Positions 39,135 through 49,255 of a DNA stretch of 64,000 nucleotides are shown here, one piece after another; the stretch's first letter is position 1, and the number at the start of each line of letters is the position of its first letter. The position numbers and the translations under genes are program-made. This DNA comes from Planctomycetota bacterium (GTDB lineage Bacteria; Planctomycetota; UBA1135; UBA2386): the NCBI GenBank assembly GCA_965223545.1, contig OZ245006.1, positions 6,080,001 to 6,144,000 on the forward strand, written 5' to 3'. Under the pieces are notes generated by a model. The model saw nothing but the letters and a program-made list of their open reading frames with translations, was not told where the DNA came from and did not search any database.

Positions 39135-40292
39135 ATGGGCGCGGGCGCGCGCACGATCCTGCATGCCGACATGGACGCGTTCTACGCGTCCATCGAGCAG
39201 CGCGATCACCCGGCGCTGCGCGGCCGGCCGGTGATCGTCGGCGGCAGCGGCCGCCGCGGCGTGGTGGCCACCGCCAGCTACGAGGCCCGTCGCTTCGGCG
39301 TGCACTCGGCGATGCCGGGTGCCATCGCCCGCCGGAAGTGTCCGGACGGTGTGTTCGTGCGCCCCCGCATGGAGCACTACGCCGCGGTCGCGGCGCAGGT
39401 CCGCGCCGTGTTCGAGCGCTATACGCCGGTGGTGGAGCCGCTGTCCCTGGACGAGGCGTTTCTCGACGTCACCGAGAGCCGCGCGCTGTACGGCGACGGC
39501 CGCCAGATCGCGCACTCGATCATCGCCGGTGTGCGCGCCGCGACCGCGCTGACGGTGTCGGTGGGAGTGGCGGCCACCAAGTTCGTCGCCAAGGTGGCCT
39601 CGGATCTCGACAAGCCGGGCGGTCTGGTGGTAGTGCCTGCCGGCACCGAAGCGGAGTTCTTGGCACCGCTGCCGGTCGCGCGGCTGTGGGGGGCGGGGCC
39701 GGTGACGCAGCGCGCGATGGCCAAGGCCGGTCTGCACCGCATCGGCGACCTGCAAGAGCTCGACCTCGAGCGGCTGACGGCGCTGTTCGGCAACGCCGGC
39801 GGCGTCCATTACCACGCGCTCAGCCGGGGTGTCGACCCGCGCCGCGTGGAGCCGTCGCGCGAGGCACGCTCGGTGAGCAGCGAGACCACCTTCGAGCACG
39901 ACATCCACGACCTCGAGGAATGCCACCGCGTGCTGCTGCGGCTGAGCGAGGACGTCGGCCGCCGGCTGCGCAAGAGCGGGTTGCGCGGCGGAGTGGTTCG
40001 CATCAAAGTGCGCTACCCGCCGTTCGAGACCCATACGCGGCAGTGCAAGCTGCCCGCCCCGGTGGACGACGACGCCTCGATCTACGCCGCGGCGGTGGCG
40101 CTGTTCGCCCGGGCGCGACCCAACCCGCGGCCCGTGCGTTTGCTCGGTGTGGGGGTAGCCGCGCTGTTCGACCGCGGCGAGCCCGTGCAGCGCGGGTTGT
40201 TCGAGGCGCGCGACCGCCGAGTCGACGGCGCCGTCGACGCCATCCGCGATCGGTTCGGTGATGGCGCGATCCGCCGCGGCGGCGCGGACTGA
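39135..40292 (+). CDS. dinB: DNA polymerase IV
   Basis: ILHADMDAFYASIEQ, ASYEARRFGVHSAM, SLDEAFLD and AKVASDLDKP motifs. Confidence 0.95.
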   Translation: MGAGARTILHADMDAFYASIEQRDHPALRGRPVIVGGSGRRGVVATASYEARRFGVHSAMPGAIARRKCPDGVFVRPRMEHYAAVAAQVRAVFERYTPVVEPLSLDEAFLDVTESRALYGDGRQIAHSIIAGVRAATALTVSVGVAATKFVAKVASDLDKPGGLVVVPAGTEAEFLAPLPVARLWGAGPVTQRAMAKAGLHRIGDLQELDLERLTALFGNAGGVHYHALSRGVDPRRVEPSREARSVSSETTFEHDIHDLEECHRVLLRLSEDVGRRLRKSGLRGGVVRIKVRYPPFETHTRQCKLPAPVDDDASIYAAAVALFARARPNPRPVRLLGVGVAALFDRGEPVQRGLFEARDRRVDGAVDAIRDRFGDGAIRRGGAD

Positions 40293-40305
40293 GCCGCGGC
40301 GCGCT

Positions 40306-41064
40306 TCAGCGCTGGCCGCGTTCTTCGGCGAGGATCTGCGGGATCGCCTCGCGCAACGCTGCTGCGCGCTCCATCGAGTCGGGGTGCGTGCTCATCCACG
40401 CTGGTTGGTTGCTGGGAAACGCGGCGTTCATCCGCTCCCACAATTTGGGCGCCTCGTACGGGTCGTAGCCGGCGCGGATCAGGTAGCGCAGGCCGATGAT
40501 GTCGGCCTCGCTCTCGTGGCCACGGCCGTACGGCAGCACCAGTCCGTACTGTGCGCCCGCGCCGATCGCCTGCAGGATGCCGGCCCGGCTCGACTCGCTG
40601 ACGCCGCCCCAGGCGCCGATCGCCGCCTCGGCGATCGCCATCGCCGCGTTGAGACCGAGCCCCTGGGTCATGCGCTTGTTGCCGTGCTCGAGGGTGGCGT
40701 GCGCCACCTCGTGGCCCATCACCGCGGCCAGCCCGTCCTCGGTCTGCGTGATCGGCAGGATGCCGGTGTAGATCGCGATCTTGCCGCCCGGCAGGCAGAA
40801 CGCGTTGGGCACCTTCGGAGCGTCCAGCAGCTTGAACTCCCACTCGTACTCCTTGCCGCTGGCCTGAGCGATGCGGTGGCCGACGCGGCGCACCATCTCG
40901 GCTTGAGGGCCGCTTCTGATCTCGGGGTACTCGGACGTCGCCTGCACGTACGACTCGGCACCGAGCTGGTTCATCATGCCTTCGGGGATCAGCGCGAGGC
41001 CGCACGATGGCATGCAGATGGCGAGCAGCGCCGGAAACAGGGGGCGGCAAGGATTGAGTCTCAC
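40306..41064 (-). CDS. M48-family zinc metallopeptidase, probable lipoprotein
   Basis: NAFCLPGGKI, GHEVAH, ESEAD and STHP motifs. Start approximate (GTG 41064). Confidence 0.88.
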   Translation of the reverse strand: MRLNPCRPLFPALLAICMPSCGLALIPEGMMNQLGAESYVQATSEYPEIRSGPQAEMVRRVGHRIAQASGKEYEWEFKLLDAPKVPNAFCLPGGKIAIYTGILPITQTEDGLAAVMGHEVAHATLEHGNKRMTQGLGLNAAMAIAEAAIGAWGGVSESSRAGILQAIGAGAQYGLVLPYGRGHESEADIIGLRYLIRAGYDPYEAPKLWERMNAAFPSNQPAWMSTHPDSMERAAALREAIPQILAEERGQR

Positions 41065-41197
41065 GCCACCGAATGTACCCACATCGACGGGCTTTTCCGC
41101 CCCCGGGCTCGGGTGCGGCGCTGGGTGGAGCGGTGGGCCGGACCGCCGGGACCGGCGTGCTCTTGTCTGCCGCCCGGCGCTGGCCGATGCTGGTCGC

Positions 41198-42397
41198 ATG
41201 CAGCGCGATATCGTGATTCTCGGCGGCGCCCGCACCCCCATGGCGGAGTACTCCGGTACTCCGGGGTTCGGGCTGTTCAAGGACTTGTCGGCCCTCGAGC
41301 TCGGTGGCATCGCCACCGCCGCCGCGCTGGAGCGCAGCGGCGTGGCGGCCGACCAGGTCGAGCAGGTGTTCTTCGGCAATGCCCTGCAGACGAGCAACGA
41401 CGCCATCTACGGCGCGCGTCACGTCGGGCTGAAGGCTGGCCTGCCGATCGAGGTGCCCGCCCTGACCGTCAATCGTCTGTGTGGTTCGGGGATCCAGTCG
41501 TCGGTGTCGGCCGCGCACGCGATGTTGGCGGGTGAGGCCGAAGTGTGCGTCGCGGGTGGTATGGAGAACATGAGCCAGGCGCCGCACGTCCTGCACGGTG
41601 CGCGCGAGGGGTTCCGGTTCGGCACCCAGCCGAAGCTCGAAGATCTGTTGTTCGCCGCCCTGCTGGATCCCTACTGCGGGTTCTTCATGGCGCAGACGGC
41701 GGAGAATGTGGCCAAGAAGTACGAGATCACGCGCGAGGCGCAGGACGAGTACGCGCTGCGCAGCCACCAGCTGGGTGCCGCGGCGGTGCAGGCGGGCAAG
41801 TTTGCCGCCGAGATCGTGCCGGTGACCGTGCAGCGAGGGCGCAAGGAGGTCGTTGTCGATCGCGACGATCACATCAAGCCCGAGACCACTCTCGAAGGAC
41901 TCGCCAAGCTGCGGCCGGCGTTCGGCAAGGAGGGTACGGTCACCGCCGGCAACGCCTCGGGCATCGTCGACGGCGCCGCCGCGTTGGTGTTGAGCACTGC
42001 CGAGAAGGCCGCCGCGATGGGGTGGCAGCCGCAGGCCAAGATTCGCTCGTGGGCGGTGGCCGGGGTGCCGCCGGAGATCATGGGCATCGGGCCGGTGCCG
42101 GCGATCCGCAAGGCGCTGGACGCCGCCAAGCTGCAGCTCGGCGACCTCGACGTGATCGAGATCAACGAGGCGTTCTCGGCCCAGTACCTCGGGTGTGAGC
42201 GCGACCTCGGCCTCGACCGCGACAAGGTCAACGTCAACGGCGGCGCGATCGCGCTCGGTCATCCCTTGGGGGCGACCGGTGCGCGGTTGCTGCTGACGCT
42301 CGTGCGCGAGCTGCGCGATCGCGATGCGCAGTTCGGCTGTGCCAGTGCCTGCATCGGCGGGGGCCAGGGCATCGCCATGATCTTGGAGCGCGTCTGA
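41198..42397 (+). CDS. Thiolase (acetyl-CoA C-acyltransferase)
   Basis: NRLCGSG, NEAF, GHPLGATG and CIGGGQG motifs. Confidence 0.93.
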   Translation: MQRDIVILGGARTPMAEYSGTPGFGLFKDLSALELGGIATAAALERSGVAADQVEQVFFGNALQTSNDAIYGARHVGLKAGLPIEVPALTVNRLCGSGIQSSVSAAHAMLAGEAEVCVAGGMENMSQAPHVLHGAREGFRFGTQPKLEDLLFAALLDPYCGFFMAQTAENVAKKYEITREAQDEYALRSHQLGAAAVQAGKFAAEIVPVTVQRGRKEVVVDRDDHIKPETTLEGLAKLRPAFGKEGTVTAGNASGIVDGAAALVLSTAEKAAAMGWQPQAKIRSWAVAGVPPEIMGIGPVPAIRKALDAAKLQLGDLDVIEINEAFSAQYLGCERDLGLDRDKVNVNGGAIALGHPLGATGARLLLTLVRELRDRDAQFGCASACIGGGQGIAMILERV

Positions 42398-42416
42398 CGC
42401 CATTGGAGAAACGCTG

Positions 42417-44387
42417 ATGACCACCAAGCGCACGGCGGCCGCGATCCGCGGCCGCATCCTCTATCTGACCGAGGACCAGGCCAAGCTCGAGGCGCAGCTG
42501 TACGACGGCGCGCGGCTGGCGCACGATCCCGACGAGAAGCTGATCGACAACATCTCGACCGACGAGCTCACTCCCGGTTGGGTGTGCTACTACTACGACG
42601 AGACTCTGGCGCGCTACTGCCTGGTCGGGCTGCGCGGCGGGGTGGTCAAGAAGGACGCGATCCGGGACGGCGACTTCGGCGTCATCGTCAGCGGCATCTC
42701 CAAGGGCTGCGGCAGCAGTCGGGAGACCGCGCCCTTCTCCGAGCTCAAGGCCGGCGTGCAGCTGGTGATCGCCAAGAGCATCGAGAAGATCTACGGGCAG
42801 AACTGTCAGAACATCGGGCTTCTGACGTCGACCGACTTCGGTTTGATCGAGCGCATCGAGCGCGGCGAAGAGATCCCGATCGCCGAGTTCACCAAGGGGC
42901 TGGATCCGATCGCCACGGCGATCGTCGAGCACGGTGGCTTGTTCGCCTACAACAAGGCGAGATTGGCTGGCGACGTGGCGCCGCCGCACGTCGATACCGC
43001 GCCGCGTCCGATGACGCTGTGCGAGAAGATCATCGCGCGGCGCGCGATCGCCGATGCCGCGACCGGCGCGGAGGGCATTGCCGCGGTCAAGCCCGGGGAC
43101 GCGTTGTTCGTGCGCACCGACGTGCGCTTCAGCCACGAGTACGTGACGCCGATGGCGGAGTCGCTGTTTCGCATGGGGCTTGGTGACGAGGCTCGCATTC
43201 AGGACCCGGACTCGGTCTTCGCCTTCCGCGATCACCTGACCTTCCTCGATCGGGTGATGCCGCAGGCGCACATCGACATGGGGCTCAAGGAGCAAGCGCA
43301 AAGCTTGGCCACCGTGCAAGAGCGGTTCGTCAACAGCCAAGGCGTCAAGCTCTACGGTGAGGTGACGCGCAACGGTGCGCAGGCGGGGTCGGTCGGCATC
43401 TGCCACAACATCGTCATCGAAGACCTCGCCCTGCCGGGGCAGATCGTGCTCGGCACCGATTCGCACACCTGCATGGCGGGTGCGTTGGGCTGCTTCGCCT
43501 TCGGCGTTGGCTCCACCGACATGGCGAACGCTTGGTTCACCAAGGATGTGCGCGTGCGGGTGCCGCAGTCGGTGCGCGTCGAGCTCACCGGCGCGCTGCG
43601 CGACGGCGTCGCCGCCAAGGACGTGATGCTCCACTTGCTGAGCGATGAGTTCTTCAAGTCGGGCGCCGGCATCGGCGTCGTGCTCGAGTTCGGCGGTCGC
43701 GGTGCGCGCGCGCTGTCGCTCGACGAGCGGGCGACGTTGACCAACATGGCGGTCGAGGCCGGCAGCTTCACCGGCATCCTCGAGGCCGACGAAGTGGTGG
43801 TCGACTATCTGCAGCAGCAGCGCGGCGCCGACCCCGAGACCGTGCGCGCCGGCATCGTGCGCGCAGACGAGGGCGCGGAATACTGCAAGCGCTTCGACAT
43901 CGATCTGAGTGCGATCGAACCGATGGTCGCAACGCCAGGGGATCCGCGCAACGGCGTGCCGCTGCGCACGCTGGGCGAGCGCGTCGCAATCGACATCGCC
44001 TACGGCGGGTCGTGCACCGGTGGCAAGAAGGCGGACATGGACATGTATGCCTCGGTCGTGCGCCGCGCTCTGGATCGCAGCCGCGCGATTCCCGATGGCG
44101 TCCGCTGCTACATCCAGTTCGGCAGCCAGAAGATCCGCGATCACGCCGAGACGCACGGCTACATCCCCCTGTTCGAGGGTGCTGGCATCGAGCTGATCGA
44201 GCCGAGCTGCGGCGCCTGCATCAAGGCCGGCCCCGGCGTCTCCGACAAGCCCGAGCAGGTGACGGTCTCGGCGATCAACCGCAACTTCCCCGGCCGATCA
44301 GGGCCGGGCAAGGTGTACTTGGCGAGTCCGTTGGTGGTCGCCGCGTCGGCGTTCCTGGGCTACGTCGGCGGTCCCGAGGAGCTCTGA
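42417..44387 (+). CDS. Aconitase-family dehydratase: LeuD-like swivel domain fused N-terminally to a LeuC-like domain
   Basis: DNISTDE and GCGSSRE (swivel); then TLCEKI, GICH, GTDSHT, GGSCT, CGACI and NRNFPGRSG. Confidence 0.88.
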   Translation: MTTKRTAAAIRGRILYLTEDQAKLEAQLYDGARLAHDPDEKLIDNISTDELTPGWVCYYYDETLARYCLVGLRGGVVKKDAIRDGDFGVIVSGISKGCGSSRETAPFSELKAGVQLVIAKSIEKIYGQNCQNIGLLTSTDFGLIERIERGEEIPIAEFTKGLDPIATAIVEHGGLFAYNKARLAGDVAPPHVDTAPRPMTLCEKIIARRAIADAATGAEGIAAVKPGDALFVRTDVRFSHEYVTPMAESLFRMGLGDEARIQDPDSVFAFRDHLTFLDRVMPQAHIDMGLKEQAQSLATVQERFVNSQGVKLYGEVTRNGAQAGSVGICHNIVIEDLALPGQIVLGTDSHTCMAGALGCFAFGVGSTDMANAWFTKDVRVRVPQSVRVELTGALRDGVAAKDVMLHLLSDEFFKSGAGIGVVLEFGGRGARALSLDERATLTNMAVEAGSFTGILEADEVVVDYLQQQRGADPETVRAGIVRADEGAEYCKRFDIDLSAIEPMVATPGDPRNGVPLRTLGERVAIDIAYGGSCTGGKKADMDMYASVVRRALDRSRAIPDGVRCYIQFGSQKIRDHAETHGYIPLFEGAGIELIEPSCGACIKAGPGVSDKPEQVTVSAINRNFPGRSGPGKVYLASPLVVAASAFLGYVGGPEEL

Positions 44388-44409
44388 GCAGGAGCGTCCG
44401 CGCGGTCCT

Positions 44410-46859
44410 ATGATGGGCCGCATGGTGTTGAGTGCGTTGCCGCCGTCTGGCCGCGGCCGAGCCGGATCACTGGGGCAGGCGCTGCTGCTCGCCTCGATCG
44501 TTGGTTCCGCACCGGGACAAGAGAGTGCGCAGCAGCCCGCGACCGTGTCGTTGGTGGGGACCGTTGTCGACGAAGGCGGTGAACCCGTCGCTGGCGCCCA
44601 GGTGCGGCACGGACTTCGCCGAGAGTTTCGCACCGGCGTGGCGTTGCCGGCGGTGGTGGCGACCACCGACGCGAAGGGGCATTTTGTGGCGACCGTGCCG
44701 GCGGGGCCCGACGATCAGATGTCGCGCGTGCTGATTGCGGCCGAGGGCCGCGCCTCGTGGAGCCTGGAGCTGCTCCCGTCTCTGACGATGAGGCGGCAAG
44801 GGCATTCGCTGGATCTTCCCTCTGTGGTGTTGCCCCCCGGCTTCCGCCTCGCGGGGCGCGTACGCAATTCCGATGGGGAACCGGTCGCGGGCGCGCGGGT
44901 GATTGCGCGCGACCTGCTCGCCGGGCATGGCCTCCAGGGCTGTTGGTCTGTGGCGCGCACCGAGGGCGATGGGACGTTCGTGCTTGAGGGGGCGTGCGCC
45001 GATCGCATGGAGATCACCGTCGACGCCGCGGGCTTCTATCGTTGGGCGCGGCGGCCGATGGGAATCGGCGATCCGCTGGATCTGACGCTGTCCCGTGGTG
45101 GTGTCGTTCGCGGAACGCTGCGCGGTCGTGACGGCGAGCCGGTCGCAGGCCGAGTGGTGGTCCGTTACGAGGTCACCGGCTCCCTCCGCATGCCGCAGGA
45201 GATCGAAGTCCCTGCGAGCGGTGAGTTCGCGTTCAACGTCCAATACCCGTGCCGCTTTCGCGCCGTCGGGCTGCCGGAAGCCGGCGGTGAAGTCGCTGGA
45301 CCGATCTTGGACGGGCCCGTCCCGGAGCTGGGTTGCGGCTCGGCGCGGATGACGACTCGAGGCTCGCAGTGCAGGTCGTTGACGGCGACACCGGCGGGCT
45401 TCTGTCCTCGGCGCGGGCCATCGCCGGTTGGGGCCGGTGGGTCAGCGGTGAAACGCTCGACTGGATGTTCGACTCGCACGCGGTCCGCGGCGAGGCAGGG
45501 GTGGTGTTCGTCACCGGGCCCTCGGGTGGTGAGGGCGCGACGGGCGCGATTCTCGCCGGCGCGGATGGCTACGCGAGCAAGCTGGTAGAGGGAGTTGCTT
45601 GGCCGCAGGGCGATGCGCCGATCCGCATCGAGCTTGCGCGGGGCTCGGTGCTGCGCGGCGCCGTGCGGGACGTGGGCGGAGGAGGTGTCGCCGGTGTGCT
45701 GGTGACTCTGGCCTTGGGTGATTCGATGACCGGTTTGCCACGCGGCTGGCAACTGACCGGGTCGGTCGGCGAGTTCCAGTTTGATGGGTTGGCAGAGGGG
45801 GCGTACAAGCTGTACGCCGGCGCACCGTTCGCTGGTGTGGGCGGGATGCGCACGGTGGCACTGGGCGCGGGCGAGGAGCGCACCGAGGATATCGAGCTTC
45901 CGACCTTGGGAGAACTCGCCTGCACGATCCGAGGCCTGGGTGGCCTTCGGGGGGCTTCGGTGCTGGCTCAGCTCGACCTCCGGCAGCCGGTTGGACCGGC
46001 GTCGATGATGATGGCGAGCTTGGCCCGCTGGCTGAGTGAGTTCCCAGTCGGCGTCGACGGTCAGTTCGTAATGCCATTGCACCAGGAAGGTCGCTACCGG
46101 ATGAATCTGATGTTCGGTGCGGCGCCGCGCACGGGTGCTCCGCCGAGCATCCTGCTGGGAACCGTCACCACCGACGCGGAGCGATCCCCGGTGGTCTTCG
46201 ACGGTGCCCGCCTGGGTCGCGTGCACGGACGCGTCACGATCGAGGGGGCTGCGGTGCCGAGCGCCCGTTTGGTCGCACAGGCTCGTGCCGCGATCCAAGA
46301 GAGACCCGGCGATGGCACTCGCCCGGAAGGCGAGCTGCGATGGGCTGCGATCGAACCCGATGGTTCTTTCGAGCTCGAACTCGCACCCGGGCGGTTCCTG
46401 CTCGATCTGGTCGATGTCGGCACCGGTGTCATCCTGGGGTCGAGCCGGGTGATCAAGGTCCACTCCGGGCAACGCACCGAGGTCGAGCTCGAAGCCGCAG
46501 TGACGGAGCTGCACGTGAATCTCGTCCCGCCCGAAGGCGGTCGCCTCATCGCCGATCGGTTGGATGTCCAAACCGAGCGGCAGAAAGCGATCCTCGAGGC
46601 CCTGCGTTATCGCTCCCCCTTCGGCACCGCCTACGGCAGCCCCGGAGTCGACCTCGCCGACGGCGCCCCCCGACATCGAATCTACGTCCCCCCCGGACCC
46701 GTCCGCCTCCGACTCCAACCCGGCTCCTCCTCCCTCGGCGCCGGAGCCTACACAACGACGCTGCCCACCAATCTCGGCAGCATCGACCTCATCGCCCTCC
46801 CCGACTCACGCCAAACGATCGAGATCCAAGCACAGCCGCCACCAAAACTCGACGGCTGA
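44410..46859 (+). pseudogene. Secreted carboxypeptidase-regulatory-like repeat protein, frameshifted near 45331
   Basis: Repeated G-x-V-x-D/N-x-x-G-E-P-V-A-G-A units in ORF 44410..45588 continue in ORF 45333..46859 after a frame change. Confidence 0.65.
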
Positions 46860-46867
46860 CCCATCGC

Positions 46868-47087
46868 GCTCCCTCGGCCTCTGGATCGAGAGCTGGCGGG
46901 GCCGCCCGCAGCTCCATCACCATCAGCGCCGGTCCAAGACGAGGCACAGGGTGCGACCGACGCCGATGGTGACGGAGCTGCGGGCGGCGGTCCCGGTTCG
47001 TGGTGCGTGGATGTGCGGCCTGGATTGAAGGTCGCTGAATCAAGAGAGCGGGTTTCGTCCCGGAGTGGTGCGCACTCGCCTCAGCTC
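46868..47087 (+). repeat. 220-bp direct repeat, copy 1; contains a 34-bp-stem hairpin at 46901-46988
   Basis: Matches 49256-49475 at a constant offset of 2388 with about 4 substitutions. Confidence 0.92.
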
Positions 47088-47147
47088 CGTCACCGTCGGC
47101 GGCGGTCGCACCCCGTGCCTCGTCTTGGACCGCTGTCGTCGGTGATG
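47075..47147 (+). repeat. Inverted, diverged copy of the hairpin, interrupted by the intron; remainder at 49182-49194
   Basis: The 20-nt loop is the reverse complement of the copy-1 loop (1 mismatch). The right arm is completed by GTGGTGAGGCGAG after the intron. Confidence 0.85.
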
Positions 47148-49181
47148 TTGCGCCTGGCATGGGCGCAGAGTTGAAGATGAAAGTTCTTTATGGATCCGTA
47201 CTGGAGGAAACCATGAGTCGAAGGCAGCTGCACGAGGCAGAAAGGGGAGCCGTGTGCCGTCCGAGAGGGCGGTGCGCGGTGTTGATCCGGGATGCCAGGA
47301 CAGGACGGACACCGTGCCGTGCTGTTCCCGCGAGGTCGTGTGGGATGGAAGCCCTAGACGCAGCGCAGCACCGAGCGAAAGCGAAGTTCCGTAAGGCTCT
47401 CGAGGTCTGGGTCAGCGTGCCATCCAACGTGACGCCCGATATCCAGTCGCGACCTCGGAGTACTGGAACCGGCGGCGGCGCGAAACTCTGCGTTCTTACC
47501 CAGGGAGATCTCTGTGTGTCCGCTTCGAGCGGTAGGTGGGGAGGAGGCAACGACGACCCACCAAGGCATGCAGAGAAGTCGGATCACCCCGTAGTAGTGA
47601 TGAAGCCGGGTAATGCCGGTGGAGCGAAGGGGGTGACAGGATGAGAAAGCCGAAACCACGGCAACTGCAGTTCGCTTTCGCCGAGAGCCCGCAAGGGGAC
47701 GGCGTGGCCGGAAGGGCAGACGAATCTGCCACGAAGTCCACGTCGGTGCCTACGACGGATTGCAGCCATCGATCGGAATCGGCTCCACCGCCAGCGGACG
47801 GCTACTGCCATCTGCTGGAGCTGGTCGCGGAGCAGGGCAACCTGCGAAGCGCACTGGCACATGTCGTAAGCAAGAAGGGCGCCCCGGGCGTCGACGGACA
47901 GACGGTGTCAGAGGTTAAGCGTCATGCGAAACACCTGCTCCCGAAACTCCGCGATGCTCTGCTCATGGAGACCTACGCGCCCGGCGATATTCGTCGGGTG
48001 TGGATCCCGAAGCCCAGTGGTGGGCAGCGGGGTCTCGGGATTCCAACCGTGATCGACCGCTGGGTCCAACAGGCCGTGCGCCAGATTCTGGAGCCGATCT
48101 ACGACCCGACGTTCCACGACAGCAGCCACGGCTTCCGGCCGAGGCGGGGAGCCCACACAGCGATCGCCGAAGCAGCGGGTTACGTGAAGCAGGGTCGGCG
48201 GTACACGGTGGACATCGATTTGGAGAAGTTCTTCGACCGTGTCCATCACCAACGCCTCCTGGACCGGCTGGCTCAGAAGGTGAAGGACCGTCGGGTGCTG
48301 CGGATCATCCGCCTGATGCTGAAAGCGAACGTAGTTCTTCCAGATGGCACCCGCGTCGTCACGGAAGAAGGAACGCCCCAGGGCGGCCCGCTATCACCTC
48401 TGCTGTCCAACATCGTCCTGGACGAATTGGACTGGGAGTTGGAACGACGCGGGTTGCGTTTTGTGCGCTACGCCGACGACTGCAATATCTACGTCGGTAG
48501 CGAGCGCTCAGGACACCGGGTCATGGCTTCGATTCGCAGGTTCATCGAACGTCGCGTGCGACTGAAAGTGAACGAAGCGAAGAGTTCCGTCGACCTGGCC
48601 CATCGCCGGCACTTCCTCGGGTTTCGCGTAGGCGCAACTCGAAAGGGCTGGCTGACGGTGCAGTTGTCCCGTCGCACTCTGGATCGCATCGACGCCCGAA
48701 TCCGTGAGCTTACGCCGCGGTCCTGGGGTGGTCGGATGTCCTGGTGCATCGAACGACTGAACCGTTACCTCCGTGGTTGGATCGGCTACTTCCAGCTGAT
48801 CACGAAGGCCGCGTGGCGGACCTTGCGGAATCTCGATGGCCATATTCGACGACGCCTGCGGGCGATCATCATTCGGCAGAAGAAGAGACCGCGATACCTC
48901 TTCCGAGACCTTGTCGCCCGTGGGTGCAGCTGGCAGTCGGCTGCACGCACCGCGTTTGGCCGGCGTGGCACGTGGTGGCAGAGCAACTCGGGAGCGATCA
49001 AACGCGCTTATCCCAATCAGTGGTTTGCTGAGCGGCTGGTGTCGCTCTCCAAGCTCTGGGACGAGCGCCGCTACGACTGGCGGCCCCCTTTGGGGGATAC
49101 CGTCCTGAAGAGCCGGATGTGTGACCCACAAGTCCGGTTCTGTGAGAGCTGCGGGGGGGCAACCCCCCGCGGCTACTCGGC
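47148..49181 (+). mobile_element. Group II intron (En-less, class C-like)
   Basis: 5' end TTGCGCCTGGCATGGGCG; RT ORF; domain V GAGCCGGATGTGTGACCCACAAGTCCGGTTC (49110-49140); domain VI with a bulged A at 49175. Removal restores the host hairpin. Confidence 0.9.
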
Positions 49182-49188
49182 GTGGTGA
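47641..49188 (+). CDS. ltrA: Group II intron reverse transcriptase/maturase
   Basis: GAPGVDG, IPKPSGGQRGLGIP, HGFRP, DLEKFFD, GTPQGGPLSP, RYADD, FLGF and LRGWIGYF (domain X). No HNH domain. Confidence 0.95.
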   Translation: MRKPKPRQLQFAFAESPQGDGVAGRADESATKSTSVPTTDCSHRSESAPPPADGYCHLLELVAEQGNLRSALAHVVSKKGAPGVDGQTVSEVKRHAKHLLPKLRDALLMETYAPGDIRRVWIPKPSGGQRGLGIPTVIDRWVQQAVRQILEPIYDPTFHDSSHGFRPRRGAHTAIAEAAGYVKQGRRYTVDIDLEKFFDRVHHQRLLDRLAQKVKDRRVLRIIRLMLKANVVLPDGTRVVTEEGTPQGGPLSPLLSNIVLDELDWELERRGLRFVRYADDCNIYVGSERSGHRVMASIRRFIERRVRLKVNEAKSSVDLAHRRHFLGFRVGATRKGWLTVQLSRRTLDRIDARIRELTPRSWGGRMSWCIERLNRYLRGWIGYFQLITKAAWRTLRNLDGHIRRRLRAIIIRQKKRPRYLFRDLVARGCSWQSAARTAFGRRGTWWQSNSGAIKRAYPNQWFAERLVSLSKLWDERRYDWRPPLGDTVLKSRMCDPQVRFCESCGGATPRGYSAW

Positions 49189-49255
49189 GGCGAGCCTTCA
49201 GCTCTGGAGCTGGAGGTTGGTGGGAGCCGTTGAGCCCGGGGGATGCGTAGGGCGT

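Noticed and set aside
47641..49188. Retron, DGR or defence-type RT
   Set aside because: It has RT0, YADD and domain X and is embedded in recognisable intron domains V/VI. The 220-bp repeats are non-coding, so they are not a TR/VR pair.
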